NCBI GenBank assembly: GCA_000002445.1
Contig: CP000070.1
Coordinates: 640,001 to 704,000 of the forward strand
Reading direction: 5' to 3'
DNA: 64,000 nt
Source: Trypanosoma brucei
Taxonomy: Eukaryota
Translations under genes and position numbers: made by a program
Notes under the pieces: generated by a model
What the model saw: only the letters and a program-made list of their open reading frames with translations
What the model was told of the DNA's origin: nothing
The model's database searches: none
Shown here: in pieces, positions 11,789 to 23,661 of the stretch
How the letters are laid out: each line of letters begins with the position of its first letter
Position numbering within the stretch: position 1 is the first letter of the stretch

Positions 11789-13350
11789 TGGTTTTACACT
11801 TCACAACAATGCGTACTAACTGTTGCTGTCTCTATCTTACTAACGTTTCCTTCGCAGAGGAAGAGACAAACGCACACACACACGTGGCAATTACTACCTT
11901 ACTGTTCACTAATGGTAAACCTCCCAAAAGGCTTCTGTAGGCCTCGACACGCGCAATTGTTACTGTCGATGCGCCTGGGTAAGGTCACTGTTATTGTTTC
12001 TCTAACCGCATGATAGCAGAAAAAGAGAAACCGATGGTAGAAGAGTTTTTTTTTAAAAAAAAGGTAAAAGAAGTACGCTATCCAAGTCGGAATCGGATAC
12101 GAAGTTAACTCCGTCTCACATTTGACATGCGCACTCCTCCACCCTCATAAACACACACGCACACACACACACACATAAAAGAAAAAGAGATATGCCGCTT
12201 GACGCCACGGTCATTTACTTCCCCTCATTTTTCGGCTACTCGCCTCCGCACTTTGCCCCTATGCACAGGTACATATATATATTTATTTATTCAAAGCAGA
12301 ATAAACAAATACCTTCAGCGCCTGGACCTTGCCGTTTCTGCTTATTGAAAATTTTCCGAGCTGCCACCTTCCTCTCTTTTCTTCCGCCTTTCTTTCGTGT
12401 ATCACAAATGGACAACACCGATGCCTCTTACCTCAAGTCTTCACTCCAATAACAGTGGTGGAAACCAAAACTTCGCGGCACATCCGACGAGCCGACGTGT
12501 GCTACGCTTAATAACAGTGAAGAAAATTAAAAAGCAAAAGCAGCACCTCTACAAGCACATGACACATGGTACAAAAACTGCCGCGGCAGGGTAACGAAAC
12601 CGTTTTAAACTACTGAAAAGTGAAACTGCATGCGACGAAGAATACGGCCAAGGAAGGAATAAAATCCCGTAAGACAAGAGCGAAAGCGAGGTAAGAATGA
12701 TAACGGGTGATGACAAAGCGTGCCAAACGTGGCAGCGCAAAGGGGTAGAAGAAAAAGTAAGAAATGATGGGGTTTCTCAACACATACATATATATATATA
12801 TATATATACGTAATGTATATGCTTATATGGGATTGTTGAATTTCTGCCAAAGGGGGAGAAAGAGGTTCAAACAAAAAAAAATCAAAAGAGCACCAAAAAA
12901 TATATACGACACTGTGGAATTCATGACTCCATTCCTCCCCTCCATGAACAACCAACACCCCTGTGCCGAAGTGAGTTGTCCCATAAAACTCGTATCGTAC
13001 TATTCAGCATTGACTCTCATTTTCCTCTCCCATTTCCCCACTTCCCTATCAACACCAATGGTTTTGCTTCCCATATATTCTTCCCTAATCGACACCCAAC
13101 ACACAGAGTCCGCAGAGTACAAATAAATAAAAAAAAACGTGCTCTCGGCAACTCTTTTTTGCGGCCAAACGAACCTCAATCCTCGAGACGACGCTGAAAC
13201 CACAACCAGACCTCACACAGCAGCACAATGCATCATCTGCCGCATGATGTTAGCGTAGGTGGGTCACCCTTGCACGCCTGTGGATACACGGAAAGAGGAA
13301 AAAAAAACAGAGCACGCAAAACAAAGTGAAGACAAAAGGCTGTGGGTAAA

Positions 13351-14727
13351 CTATGCGTAATAGTTCAAGCTAGATTTTTTGCGTGCTTGCACAGCCGTAA
13401 CCCCCTCTGCGAAGTCCTCGTGAGCCACATAAACCCGCTCGTTGCGGAGTGCCAACATACCGGCCTCGACACACACAGCTTTGAGTTGTGCCCCATTCAT
13501 ATCCTCCGTCATGCGGGAAATCTCTTCAAAATTCACATCCCCATGAAGTGCCATGCGACGGGAATGAATTTGAAGAATGTGAGCGCGGGCCTCCTCATCC
13601 GGAAGAGTGAACTCCACCTTTCTGTCAATGCGCCCGCTACGCAACAGAGCGGGATCAAGGACATCGATACGATTCGTTGCCGCAATAACCTTCACGTCGT
13701 CGGTGCTTCCAAAGCCATCAAGCAGCGAAAGGAGCTCCAACATCGTGCGCTGCACTTCCCGTGACCCGTGTTTACTTCCCTCGTCCGAACGGCGCGAGCC
13801 GATAGCATCGAGCTCATCAATAAAAATAATAGTTGGTGCTCTCTTCTTCGCAAGAGCAAAGGCGTCTCGAAGGATACGCGCTCCCTCCCCAATGTACATT
13901 TGTACGAGCTGCGGTCCAGCGAGGCGCAAGAAGCAGGCATCAGTTGCGGCTGCACACGCACGGGCCAGCATGGTCTTTCCAGTACCCGGAGAACCATAGA
14001 GCAGCACGCCCTTCGGTGGTTTAATACCAATACGCACATATTTTTCCTTTTCCGTAATGGGAAGCACGACGGCCTCAATCATTTCATTAATCTGTTTATC
14101 GAGTCCTCCCACATCGGTGTACTTTTCTTTGGGTTTCTCTACAATCTCCATCGCCTTCACACGGCTGTCGTACTCCGGTGGAAGTTCTTCGAGTACAAGG
14201 AAGGTATCCTTGTTTACACCAACGAGGTCCTGTGGGGAAAGTTTGTTTGCGTCAACAAGGCCAACAACAGGAAGAAAAACCGTCTGCCGGCTTGATGTCT
14301 TTATTATAGCGCTCTTTTGTGGATGTCGAGACTTTTTCTTTCCAACATTCAACTCCTCCACATCCTGGTCGTCTGCCTCAAGATCCAGTACCTCTGCGAT
14401 GCTGGCAACGAGATATGGAAGCTTGTTGCTATCGCGCACACGTTTCTGGCTCTCTTCCACCTCCCTTCTCAACCCCGCCAATTCCGAAGACATGGTTCGC
14501 TCCTCATTCTTCAACTGATGTATTTCACGCTGAAGCTGCGTTGAGCGGTTGCGAAGCTGCTGGTTGGTGAGTGAGTCGATGTTCTCCAATTCCTCCGGTG
14601 ACAACTGCGCCGCTGCTGACGCGTCACTGGTGCCCCCCCTGTCGCCCTCCGCTGCCCCACCGGTTGCCCTTGCGGTGTCCTGCGTCATCTCGGTAGCTGG
14701 AGGATGAGCAAATATACGCTCCAACAA
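13351..14727 (-). CDS. RPT5: 26S proteasome regulatory (19S) AAA-ATPase subunit RPT5 (PSMC3/S6a orthologue).
   Basis: 458 aa. The C-terminal HbYX tail '...KKSSLNYYA' matches PSMC3 '...KKANLQYYA'. Long colinear blocks align with PSMC3: '[13 protein letters not shown]', '[20 protein letters not shown]', '[28 protein letters not shown]', Walker A 'GSPGTGKT', '[14 protein letters not shown]' and '[14 protein letters not shown]'. Confidence 0.9.
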   Translation of the reverse strand: MLERIFAHPPATEMTQDTARATGGAAEGDRGGTSDASAAAQLSPEELENIDSLTNQQLRNRSTQLQREIHQLKNEERTMSSELAGLRREVEESQKRVRDSNKLPYLVASIAEVLDLEADDQDVEELNVGKKKSRHPQKSAIIKTSSRQTVFLPVVGLVDANKLSPQDLVGVNKDTFLVLEELPPEYDSRVKAMEIVEKPKEKYTDVGGLDKQINEMIEAVVLPITEKEKYVRIGIKPPKGVLLYGSPGTGKTMLARACAAATDACFLRLAGPQLVQMYIGEGARILRDAFALAKKRAPTIIFIDELDAIGSRRSDEGSKHGSREVQRTMLELLSLLDGFGSTDDVKVIAATNRIDVLDPALLRSGRIDRKVEFTLPDEEARAHILQIHSRRMALHGDVNFEEISRMTEDMNGAQLKAVCVEAGMLALRNERVYVAHEDFAEGVTAVQARKKSSLNYYA

Positions 14728-15396
14728 CTAATCAGCACAATTTTTAAAAAAAAACAAAAAAAGATGAAATAAGCCCTTCCGAGCTTGTCACTGATCTCCT
14801 TTGGTCTCTACTTTCCTTCAACAGCTGCACACAAAAATACGCGAATGCACACTCTCCCCCTCCCCCTTTGTGTATCGTTCCTTCTCGCGAGAAGTAACCA
14901 CCACTGACGTACCTCCTTCCTTTGGTTACTCCTATCCACTTGCCTTTGTTTTTACTATTGGGCTTCTTTTTTTTCCCCCCTCTTTCTTTCCCCTTCCACT
15001 GCACTCGTCCCCCTTTCAAGAGAAAGTAAGAAGTAAAGGGGCCCAAACAAAAATAAACCGCCACGCACAAGTCCTCGTTGATGGTACTCCTGTCGGTGAC
15101 CGGTATTGATATGTGCTACGTGAGCCTTATATCCCTCCGCGTTAGCTGCTTGAGAGTGGCGCAATACGTTATACAAGGAAATTAGTAAAAGGTGCAAAAA
15201 AAAAAAAGAGATGAGATGAGATGAAACAACTGGAAAAGAGAAATCTGAAAAATGAAATCAACTACGTTCACTCCAAAGTGCATCATAACATCCACAATTC
15301 TCACGCAGTGTGAAACAAAGGAAAAAACAGAGGGGCCCAAAGTATTGTTTTAAATCAATACTGTTCCAAGCACCATCGTGTGCGCTCTTGAGTCAG

Positions 15397-18300
15397 TTAT
15401 TCAATAAGAAAAAATGTGAAGGGCCCACCAGCGCTTCGTGTCACAACAACACGTTCGCCGGTTTCTCCTGATGTATGGGATTCACCCAGTGACCTCTGGG
15501 TTTGATTATGTAAGAAATTGAGCCGAGCGAACAAACTCTCCCCTCCCACCTCCCTCTGTTTCCCACATTCCTGCGACGCCCCATCTGTCAACCGAAAGCA
15601 GAAGGCCCACTTGCCACCACATGCATCCTGTGCACAAAATAATATCCCTCTATCAGCCACCACTGTCGCAGGCGCCCGCTGCAAACGTACAAATGGTGCA
15701 ACTATCGGCACATTTTTATTTCCTACTTCAGAAACTCCCGTCGATGCGACGGGAGGAATGGCAACCAGCTGAAGGTCCCACCACCCACAGTGGAAAGAGT
15801 GCGAAACCGCGACGAGTGTTAGTCCACTTAGGAAGGAAATGACAATTGCGTAAAGCTGACAGTCACCAGCGGGAAGACGAACACACTGAATGAGGGTGGT
15901 TTCAGTGAAAAAGGGAGTGACATCCACATGACACTCGTCCGCAATAACATTTCTGAGGTCGAGCACGACTTTTGTATTGTCCCTCGATGCATGATCCACT
16001 CGATCCTCACACGAGGGAAGAAAACGGGCAACAAGGTCGAGGCCAGTGGCGGAAGTCACAAACAAAAGAGCACTCGTCACGGCACGCAACACACCACTCG
16101 AGCAGTACATCATCTCACCTCTACAAAGCGTGTGCCCAGCAACCTGTTTCTCCAAGTGATTTAGTGTCACATGTTGTTGGGGGCAGACAGACGGCATAAA
16201 AGCGAACAGCGGGTGACCGTCAGTTGTCAAAAAGCAAACATCAGTGACGCAGACAGCAATCACATGCTCAGTTCCCTCGCTCGACTCAGATAGAAGCCAC
16301 GGCACCTGTAGCAGCAGAAAGACAGAGTTAACACCTGCTGAACCAACGTCTCCATGCACGTAAGGAGTAGTGCTAGCGGAGAGAAGAAAGAAAAAACTGC
16401 TGTCATACATCGCAAACGGTCGAAGCATGCACGCAAATAGCGACGGGAAGGCCCCTATAGTTTCTGAAGGGGATGCTCTCAAGTCACCCACCCACAACAC
16501 CTTTCCCCCTGCGGTCACAATGATGGCGGTGCTCCAACAAACGAACAAAAGATTGATTTCATCAAGACTGTCGAATGTGTTTCCCCCTGCTTTGACATCC
16601 ACACCTCCACCACCAACTCTCTTCCTATTCCGCATGGCCGCCATGCAGACGTCCACTGTTGCTGACGAAAAGAGTAATGTCAACGCCGCGCTCATATCCA
16701 ACTCGTCCGCTGAAGGCCAATGAACTTTTGAAAGCCACTTGTAGTTCTTTTCACTACGGGAGACAGCTGGAAATAATTCAGATGCTGGCTCTGATGAAAA
16801 ATGCCTGCAGAGGTAAATGTCACCTGATCGAAATACAGCAATCTCCTCCCCTCCCACATGCTCCTCCCCGTCGTCAAGTACATAACCGCAAGTAGCAGCC
16901 TTGGCCGGGGGGAGGATGCAATGACTCAGCACATCAAAATCCACACTACGTTGAGCCCCAACACTGTAGTAAATATCTGTGTCGCTTGAGAACTGTAAAG
17001 TGGGCCGGATGCCAACACGGGGCCATAAGCATCCTGAGTTACATTGCTGTTTCCCTGAAACACGTTGACCCGTTTCTCCGTATTTCAGTTGGAGGGCACC
17101 CTTGTCCTTTGCTAACAGTTCCCCATGGGTGAGAGAGCAGTACATGTGTCTCACATCCCTACTATATGTACCTTCAACAGTTTTGTCGTCAGGTTCATCA
17201 CAAACAACAGAAGTCACAACGGATCCTTTACCGCCGTCCCATCGCACAGCCACTAACTGACTAAGATGCTGAAACGGGTTACACCCTCGTGGTTCACATA
17301 AGGTTACAACACGGGCTAATATGCTGAAAACTACGGGGACATCACCACTCGGGCGCTTCCCCTTATTGCCCAAAGGAGACGCATTAGATATCACCTCCAA
17401 GAAGAGAAGTGCACCCCCACTGCGAATGGCCGCCACCGCAGCAACAATCCGTTGGACCCCTGAAGCCGCACCACTGACACGCCGTTCCTCAAACGGTTCC
17501 ACAGCACAACTTACAGCGCTCTCAATAAATCCCCCAACGGGACACCGAGCCACTTCGCCGCACTCACCGTAGAGAACAAAATCAAATCCTCCCCCTTTCT
17601 CGCAGACCTCCATTGCACGCACCGCTACAGGTTCCCACGTTGCGTAGGCACTGTCTTCCCGTAGAAAACTGCTCCGGGGGTACATAACATGAGCTGGGCG
17701 AAGAAACACACCCAAAACGTCACCAGCACATGCCTTAGAATAAGAAAGGAAGCGAGTTGGTGGGGCATGAGATGTTGCGGCATCACTAACGTGCAACAAA
17801 AAGCAAGGATGAGCGAGTGTGAGAGCTTCAAGACGCCATGGACCGTTCATACAAAAGCCGCTAACCTTTTCACGCCAACCATTCCACGAGCACTGACCCC
17901 TAAGGTCCGACTCACTTTGATCCACACTTTGCCGCCGCATCGACAGTGCAAAGATGGAAAGACGGTCAACAAGAGCATCGCCTTTTACATGCATATGCTG
18001 GTGCAAAACAGCCAACAAAGGGTACTGTTGTTCGTAGTCGTAGGAACAAGGCAACCAATGGACGGCCCGCGCCTCACGCACAGCTGCAAACGAGTCGTTG
18101 GTCCACCCAGCAACTTGCATAAAAAGTGCGCCAGCGGCTACTTGGCTGAAGCCACGCAGTTCACGCCACTGTTGCGAACTACCATCCCTGTCATCTGCAG
18201 TGCCCTTTTCCCACCACACTAACTCAACGTACTCCACCCAACCCACAACCCGCACGAACGCAATGCGCAGAACAGCCAAATGCCCTCTGTAAGAATTGCT

Positions 18301-19062
18301 ATGAGGCCCCATAGATAACGGCCGATTCTGTCTCTGTAAAGTTGATGATGAGGATGGCGGTGGGAACGTAGGAACCGAGGCAGCGGTTGCAGCGGCACCA
18401 GTAACAGCAGCGTCATCGCAACAATCAATGACGGAACTTATCGGCACATAATTTTGCCGGAAGGCATCTGCAGAACACGCCAAACCACCAGCGCCATTGC
18501 GAAACCACCGAGCAGCCAGCAGTGACGCCTTCCCGAGCGATCTGACCTCCAGTCCGGGGCCAGGGGTTGCGGTGTTAAGCGTAAATGACGCAAAAACAAG
18601 GCAGTCACACTCGAGAACAAAAAATACAACGACATGCAAACCTTCCACACGCACCGTTGAGGCGGCAGCAATACCACAATAACCTCCACATAGAGAACAA
18701 ATGAGGCATTTCTTCGCTGCTCGTTGTTCTTTTTTAACCTCCACCGCAGCAACACGCTGCAACTCACACAGAAGTGTACCGCCACGGTCCTTATGGGCGG
18801 CACTCCCACCATCATGACCTCTGCTTACTTTATCGGGGAAAAATACCTGATCCCGGGACCCCGTCCCACTTTTGTCACTACTCACAAGAAATAATATCTC
18901 GGAGTCACCAAAAACAAAGACATCAACTACCGAATTACTAGTTTGCTGGAACCGCTGCGAGAGCTGCGACGATGATGATAAAAGTGGGGGTTTTGCATGA
19001 AGCAGGCGTTGCATCCCCCTCTGCTCTCCCTCTCTATGGATGGTGGTGTAATAAAAGCACAC
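15397..19062 (-). CDS. Large hypothetical protein of 1221 aa with no recognisable catalytic motif. It is Cys/Trp/Gly-rich and may be a beta-propeller/solenoid scaffold.
   Basis: An uninterrupted 3.67-kb minus-strand ORF. GC-rich codon usage resembles that of neighbouring genes. No P-loop, kinase, zinc-finger or repeat signature that I can name. Plus-strand ORFs in the span are short shadows. Confidence 0.7.
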   Translation of the reverse strand: MCFYYTTIHREGEQRGMQRLLHAKPPLLSSSSQLSQRFQQTSNSVVDVFVFGDSEILFLVSSDKSGTGSRDQVFFPDKVSRGHDGGSAAHKDRGGTLLCELQRVAAVEVKKEQRAAKKCLICSLCGGYCGIAAASTVRVEGLHVVVFFVLECDCLVFASFTLNTATPGPGLEVRSLGKASLLAARWFRNGAGGLACSADAFRQNYVPISSVIDCCDDAAVTGAAATAASVPTFPPPSSSSTLQRQNRPLSMGPHSNSYRGHLAVLRIAFVRVVGWVEYVELVWWEKGTADDRDGSSQQWRELRGFSQVAAGALFMQVAGWTNDSFAAVREARAVHWLPCSYDYEQQYPLLAVLHQHMHVKGDALVDRLSIFALSMRRQSVDQSESDLRGQCSWNGWREKVSGFCMNGPWRLEALTLAHPCFLLHVSDAATSHAPPTRFLSYSKACAGDVLGVFLRPAHVMYPRSSFLREDSAYATWEPVAVRAMEVCEKGGGFDFVLYGECGEVARCPVGGFIESAVSCAVEPFEERRVSGAASGVQRIVAAVAAIRSGGALLFLEVISNASPLGNKGKRPSGDVPVVFSILARVVTLCEPRGCNPFQHLSQLVAVRWDGGKGSVVTSVVCDEPDDKTVEGTYSRDVRHMYCSLTHGELLAKDKGALQLKYGETGQRVSGKQQCNSGCLWPRVGIRPTLQFSSDTDIYYSVGAQRSVDFDVLSHCILPPAKAATCGYVLDDGEEHVGGEEIAVFRSGDIYLCRHFSSEPASELFPAVSRSEKNYKWLSKVHWPSADELDMSAALTLLFSSATVDVCMAAMRNRKRVGGGGVDVKAGGNTFDSLDEINLLFVCWSTAIIVTAGGKVLWVGDLRASPSETIGAFPSLFACMLRPFAMYDSSFFFLLSASTTPYVHGDVGSAGVNSVFLLLQVPWLLSESSEGTEHVIAVCVTDVCFLTTDGHPLFAFMPSVCPQQHVTLNHLEKQVAGHTLCRGEMMYCSSGVLRAVTSALLFVTSATGLDLVARFLPSCEDRVDHASRDNTKVVLDLRNVIADECHVDVTPFFTETTLIQCVRLPAGDCQLYAIVISFLSGLTLVAVSHSFHCGWWDLQLVAIPPVASTGVSEVGNKNVPIVAPFVRLQRAPATVVADRGILFCAQDACGGKWAFCFRLTDGASQECGKQREVGGESLFARLNFLHNQTQRSLGESHTSGETGERVVVTRSAGGPFTFFLIE

Positions 19063-19884
19063 CTTGCGTTATCGGTTTAGTTGTTGATAAAAGTTAGCCG
19101 AAATATTAAGCACACACCCGTGGAATGCACCACAGTTTGAAAAGTGTTTTTGAGCCGCAGCTGATGCTTTTTTTGTGCCCCCCTCGATCTCTCCAAGACT
19201 CTCTTCCTTTAACTCTTTCTTTTCCTCAATAAATCCAAGGGGCCTCTCTTCGTGGTATAAACTACCACCCGATTCCCTTTTTCTCTTCGAGTCTCGGGTG
19301 TTGAGGGTTCAACTACCCGCAAACGCTCACAAAATAAGAAGGACGAAGAGAAGAGGAGAAATAAACCAATTATGTGGAGAGATTAAAGACAAAAATTGCA
19401 CACACGAAGTAAAGGCTGGGCCTCAAAAATACAAGATGCCGAACCGGATGAAAAGAAAAATTAAACAACAACGTTGCGAATCCGCAGAAGTGAGATAGAT
19501 ATTTTTTCTTCTTTTCCTTCAAGAAAGAGAAATGTTATCTTTTTTTTTTCCTTTCTTTTGAAAGAGATTCATCGTTTTGCCATCAGGCAAAACAACATCA
19601 CTCACCTGTGACACCTGTGACAAGGGAAGTGAGGGCCAATGCAGGTACGAAAAAAATAAAGTGCAGAAGCTAACAACCGCCTAAAGGTTGCGAAACATGC
19701 ATACTCCCCCGCAGTCACGTCCTCAGTACCACCGTGACTCGACGTCAAGCCCGTACATTTCTCGTGGCAACACGAAATAGGAGACCTTACATTTCCCCCC
19801 CCTCCCTCCCTCCCTCACCAAAAAGAAAAAAAAACGACAAACAAGCAAGAAGAATATCTGAAAGAACAAGTTCAGAGATCCCCC

Positions 19885-21306
19885 TTACAACTTCGCCTCA
19901 CAGCCATACTCCCTCACGAAGTCCTCAGCAACCAACCCAGCGAGACGCCCTGCAAGCTCAAATGCTGTTAGTCCTACCGCACGCACATCTGTCGCCTTCG
20001 CCGCATTGGCAGGAATATGAGCCGATAAGCTGTACTCAACGCGGGGGTCTTCCTCTTCATCTCTGAGAATAATGAGAGGCTGACGCTTTACCTCACGTAC
20101 AGTTATCGTCACACCACGATCCGAGACGCGTTCAAACAGCCGCGTTTCATCTTCTGAGAGGTATACCAACTGACCATGTTCAGGCGGAAGTACATCAGCT
20201 ACGTCATCATCAGCAAGCTTTATGATGGGTGTAGAGGCGAAGAGTTCTACATCTTGTCGGCGGATGGGTGGACGTGAGCGAAGCAATAATCGAACATCAG
20301 GACCCTTAGCGTGCGTGCACCATGCCGTTTGCAAGTTCACCCATGCACTATTGACAGCGAGAACCTTGCCCTTATTGTCCAGGTCGACGTGTAGTTGATC
20401 TTTCGAACGTTTAATAGTTCCGCTGTAGGTGAGTTGCACACCTTTTCCGATGGGAGCAAAACCTTCCGGCTGCAGGAACTGCTCCTGTATCTTCGATAAA
20501 CATGACTCAGGAAGTGTCGGCACCCAAGTGTACGGATGGTTCACCTGTAACCGCTGTTGGAGCGTGTAGGATGAAACGATCCGACGATTCTTTCGCATTA
20601 CCGACGGCTTTAAAAGGAGTTTGCCGAAGTCCACGTAAAGTTCGCCATCCATTTGCAGATTGCTCATGTTCAAACAACACCACTGGAGAACTTTACTGTA
20701 TCTAGAACGAATGGCGACATCCTTCTCGGACGCCCCGAGTGTGTAGCACTCCGTATTCGAAGGAAACCCCGGGAATGCCGTTGTGTTTACTCGTGAAACA
20801 ACCACATCGGGTGCTGTGTCGCTAACGAGGAGTTGAAACGCCTTTGGGACCATATTGGCTGCCCCTTCATAAAAACCTGCTTGGGAAAGATCGAGAAGTG
20901 TTTCAGGCTGCATAACAGAAGCCTGATTCCATCGACCATATCCACCCTGTTGCCCATGCTGTTGGTGCTGTTGAGGTGAAGCAGCACCCTGCCCCCCACC
21001 CTTCACAGTAGTGTCTTTTGAGTGAAGATATTCCTCTACTTGTCGCACCACCGCCGCCTTCTTTGCGGCCGGATCCGTCCGTACACCGCAGCGCGACAGA
21101 AATCCTTGAAGTTGCGCAAGGGAAAGTGAAAAAAGATTCCCCTCATTCCATAACGCCCATACTCTCTCAGGTGTGACATTCTCTGCCGCCGCCGCCTGTT
21201 GATCCCGCATGTTTAGCGCTCCCTGCGATACACTGCCCTGATTCTGCCTCCTGACCATAATGTTGAAGGTACTACCAACAATGGAACGCCGCAATAAGCG
21301 AAGCAT
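19885..21306 (-). CDS. Hypothetical protein with a mitochondrial-presequence-like N-terminus. Tentatively the GRBC1/GAP2-like guide-RNA binding complex subunit expected nine genes from ZC3H20 on T. brucei chromosome 7.
   Basis: 473 aa. The N-terminus 'MLRLLRRSIVGSTFNIMVRRQNQ' is Arg/Leu-rich and amphipathic. It has no enzymatic motif. The identity guess rests only on remembered gene order (Tb927.7.2570 GRBC1 ... Tb927.7.2660 ZC3H20) matching the count of CDSs here, plus a protein size near 52 kDa. Confidence 0.6.
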   Translation of the reverse strand: MLRLLRRSIVGSTFNIMVRRQNQGSVSQGALNMRDQQAAAAENVTPERVWALWNEGNLFSLSLAQLQGFLSRCGVRTDPAAKKAAVVRQVEEYLHSKDTTVKGGGQGAASPQQHQQHGQQGGYGRWNQASVMQPETLLDLSQAGFYEGAANMVPKAFQLLVSDTAPDVVVSRVNTTAFPGFPSNTECYTLGASEKDVAIRSRYSKVLQWCCLNMSNLQMDGELYVDFGKLLLKPSVMRKNRRIVSSYTLQQRLQVNHPYTWVPTLPESCLSKIQEQFLQPEGFAPIGKGVQLTYSGTIKRSKDQLHVDLDNKGKVLAVNSAWVNLQTAWCTHAKGPDVRLLLRSRPPIRRQDVELFASTPIIKLADDDVADVLPPEHGQLVYLSEDETRLFERVSDRGVTITVREVKRQPLIILRDEEEDPRVEYSLSAHIPANAAKATDVRAVGLTAFELAGRLAGLVAEDFVREYGCEAKL

Positions 21307-22803
21307 TTCGATGTCAATGACCCGTGATCCCTACACCAGCTTCCCTCCAGAGGGTGGAACACACGTAATCCTAAAAGAAAAGGAAAAAAAACACCGGTTT
21401 CGTGTTTCCCTCCTCCTCTTTTTTTTTCCTCTCTCGTCCCTCAACACTTCAAAACCCCCTTCTTTCTCTTCCGTTCCAGCGTAACAAAGGGAAAACGTAA
21501 TATTGGGTCTCTTCTTTTGTCTGTAAGTAAACACACTTTATCTTTTCTCTTTTCTCCTTTTTTTTTTTTTTGGTGTGTGTTTGTTTGTTTGCTTGTTTCC
21601 TCACAGCCAAAGTTCTGCGGTGTGACTTTCCGGTCTTTTGGTGGAAATCTGACGGAGCAAAGAGGCGCTTACAGAGTCAACTTTTAACCCAAAAACGTCA
21701 ATACCCACCCTTTTGCTTCTATTGTGTTTCTGTTGTCGCTTCTGTACTTTCCGTCGTTGATGTTTATGTTGCTGTTGTTGTTCCTTTTAATTCCCTCCCG
21801 GCCTTCCAGGGTTGATTTTGGGTACACAAATTATCGCTTGTCCGTTCTCTCACCCTGTTTGCTTTATGTTCTTTTTTTTTTTCTCTCTCTCTCTCTTACA
21901 CTTTTCTCTCTCTTATTTTTAACTTTGTAAATAAAAGAATATTCACAACAATACGAGCACTTCCCGCGACACCTTCAGTATTCAGCCGCCTAGTGCAAAA
22001 TCTCTCCCTTCTATTTTATTAATTTGATAGGTAAAAAAAATAGAAATAAAAAAAGAAATAAATAAATCAAAAGTTGTTGCACGAACAAGTGGCTCAGTGG
22101 CGGAGGGAGAAAACATAGTTTCCTTTATTTTGTCCACGTATGTATAACGACACACAGGAAGAAGATAACACAACACCAGGGCTGACTTTTGCCCGGAAGG
22201 AAAAGGGTGAATAGAAAAAAAAAATTGATGTAGAACAGTGGTTTTAAAAAACAAAAAAGAATAGAGGGGTCGAAACAACCAAAGACAGTTAAAAAAGAAA
22301 AAAGAAAAAAGAAAAAAAAACTTTCCTCTACGGAGAACAAAAACGGCAACAGAAAAAAAAAGGAAGGGAAACGATTATTTGCATCGAAGCCATCTCTTGA
22401 GGGCGGGATGTTCTGTTACGCTCTGCTTCATTTTCTCTTCCACCTTTTTTTTGTTTCTTTCCGTAGAAACTAAACACGAAGCGGTCAAGGACCTCCGAAC
22501 GAATTCGATCCGGAGGAAAAACAGAGAAAAAACCTTTAAAAAAAAAAAAGAAAGCCGGACGTAGATAAACAGACGGATTGAAGGGGAACATTTTTCTTTG
22601 CATCACTCTATCATCAAATCTTCAAAACAGAAGGGAAATTGTGAAGTTTAATAGTCGAAAGGTGGGAAAGTTATATCAACGGTTGAAGAGATCCGCCATA
22701 ACCACAAAATAAAGGGGAGAAAAAAAAGTTAATTTCGTGGTGACCGAACCCCCATCAATGACGACTCCTTTATGTTGCTTTTGTTATAGTTATTTTTCTC
22801 CCC

Positions 22804-22865
22804 TTCTACTTTACCTTCCACCTATATATATGTATATGTATATGTATATGTATATATATATATAT
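22804..22865. repeat. Compound (TATATG)n/(TA)n microsatellite.
   Basis: The sequence reads 'tatatatatgtatatgtatatgtatatgtatatatatatatatat'. It lies in the 2.3-kb gene-free interval 21307..23661. Confidence 0.95.
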
Positions 22866-23661
22866 TTTTTTTTTATTTATTTATTTTTTTTCCAACATCT
22901 CCTCTACTTTTCTACGTTTCTTTCTTTTCCTTTTAATTTCCTCCATTTTTTTAATGTCACTTTTCTTTGGTTGTTCCTGCATCCCTTTCTTCTTTTTTTT
23001 TTCCTCCTCCTCCCCATTTCATTTATCCCTTTCACGTCGTTATACCTTTGATTCCTCCTTTTTAAAGAAACACGCATCCCTTTCCATCTCTCTTTTCTTC
23101 TCTATCACCTTGTCTCCCTCATACTGTATCTATGGAAAACCCTCTATATACGAACGGAAGTGGGGGAAAAAAACTGAAGAAAATAATAGCAACAAATGCA
23201 TAAAAATATATTTATATATTTATATGTATGGACGACTGTTAAACCCATTTCCCCGTCCTTTTCGGGAAAAAGAAAAAAGTAACAAAATAACTGAAACCAC
23301 CATACAAACTTCAACTGCCGCTGACACTACTACAAAAAAAAATGCACATGCACATATTGATACAACTTAAGTGAAGTGTATATTTTATGAAAAGACCTCC
23401 CCCCCCTCTTCCCACCCCCAAAAAAAAAGGAATTGAATTTAAATATAAAATTTTCACGCATGCATAAGTGTGTGCAATTTCGTCTGTTTGTTTATGTGAC
23501 AAAATTACAAAATAGGGTGATAACAATAACAAAGTACCCATGAAAAGCACGGAATCAGCATATATATATATATATATATATATATAGGTAAATAAAGGAG
23601 GATTGTGTGAATTGTTCATGTCATATCTTCTTTTTGTTGGTTCCTCTATGGTGATTCCGTT

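Noticed and set aside
13342-14570. Several plus-strand ORFs (13342..13764, 13607..13999, 13768..14295, 14057..14518) overlapping the RPT5 gene.
   Set aside because: They lie antisense to a strongly supported, conserved minus-strand CDS. Their translations are low-complexity Ser/Arg-rich with no motif. They are typical GC-rich frame shadows.
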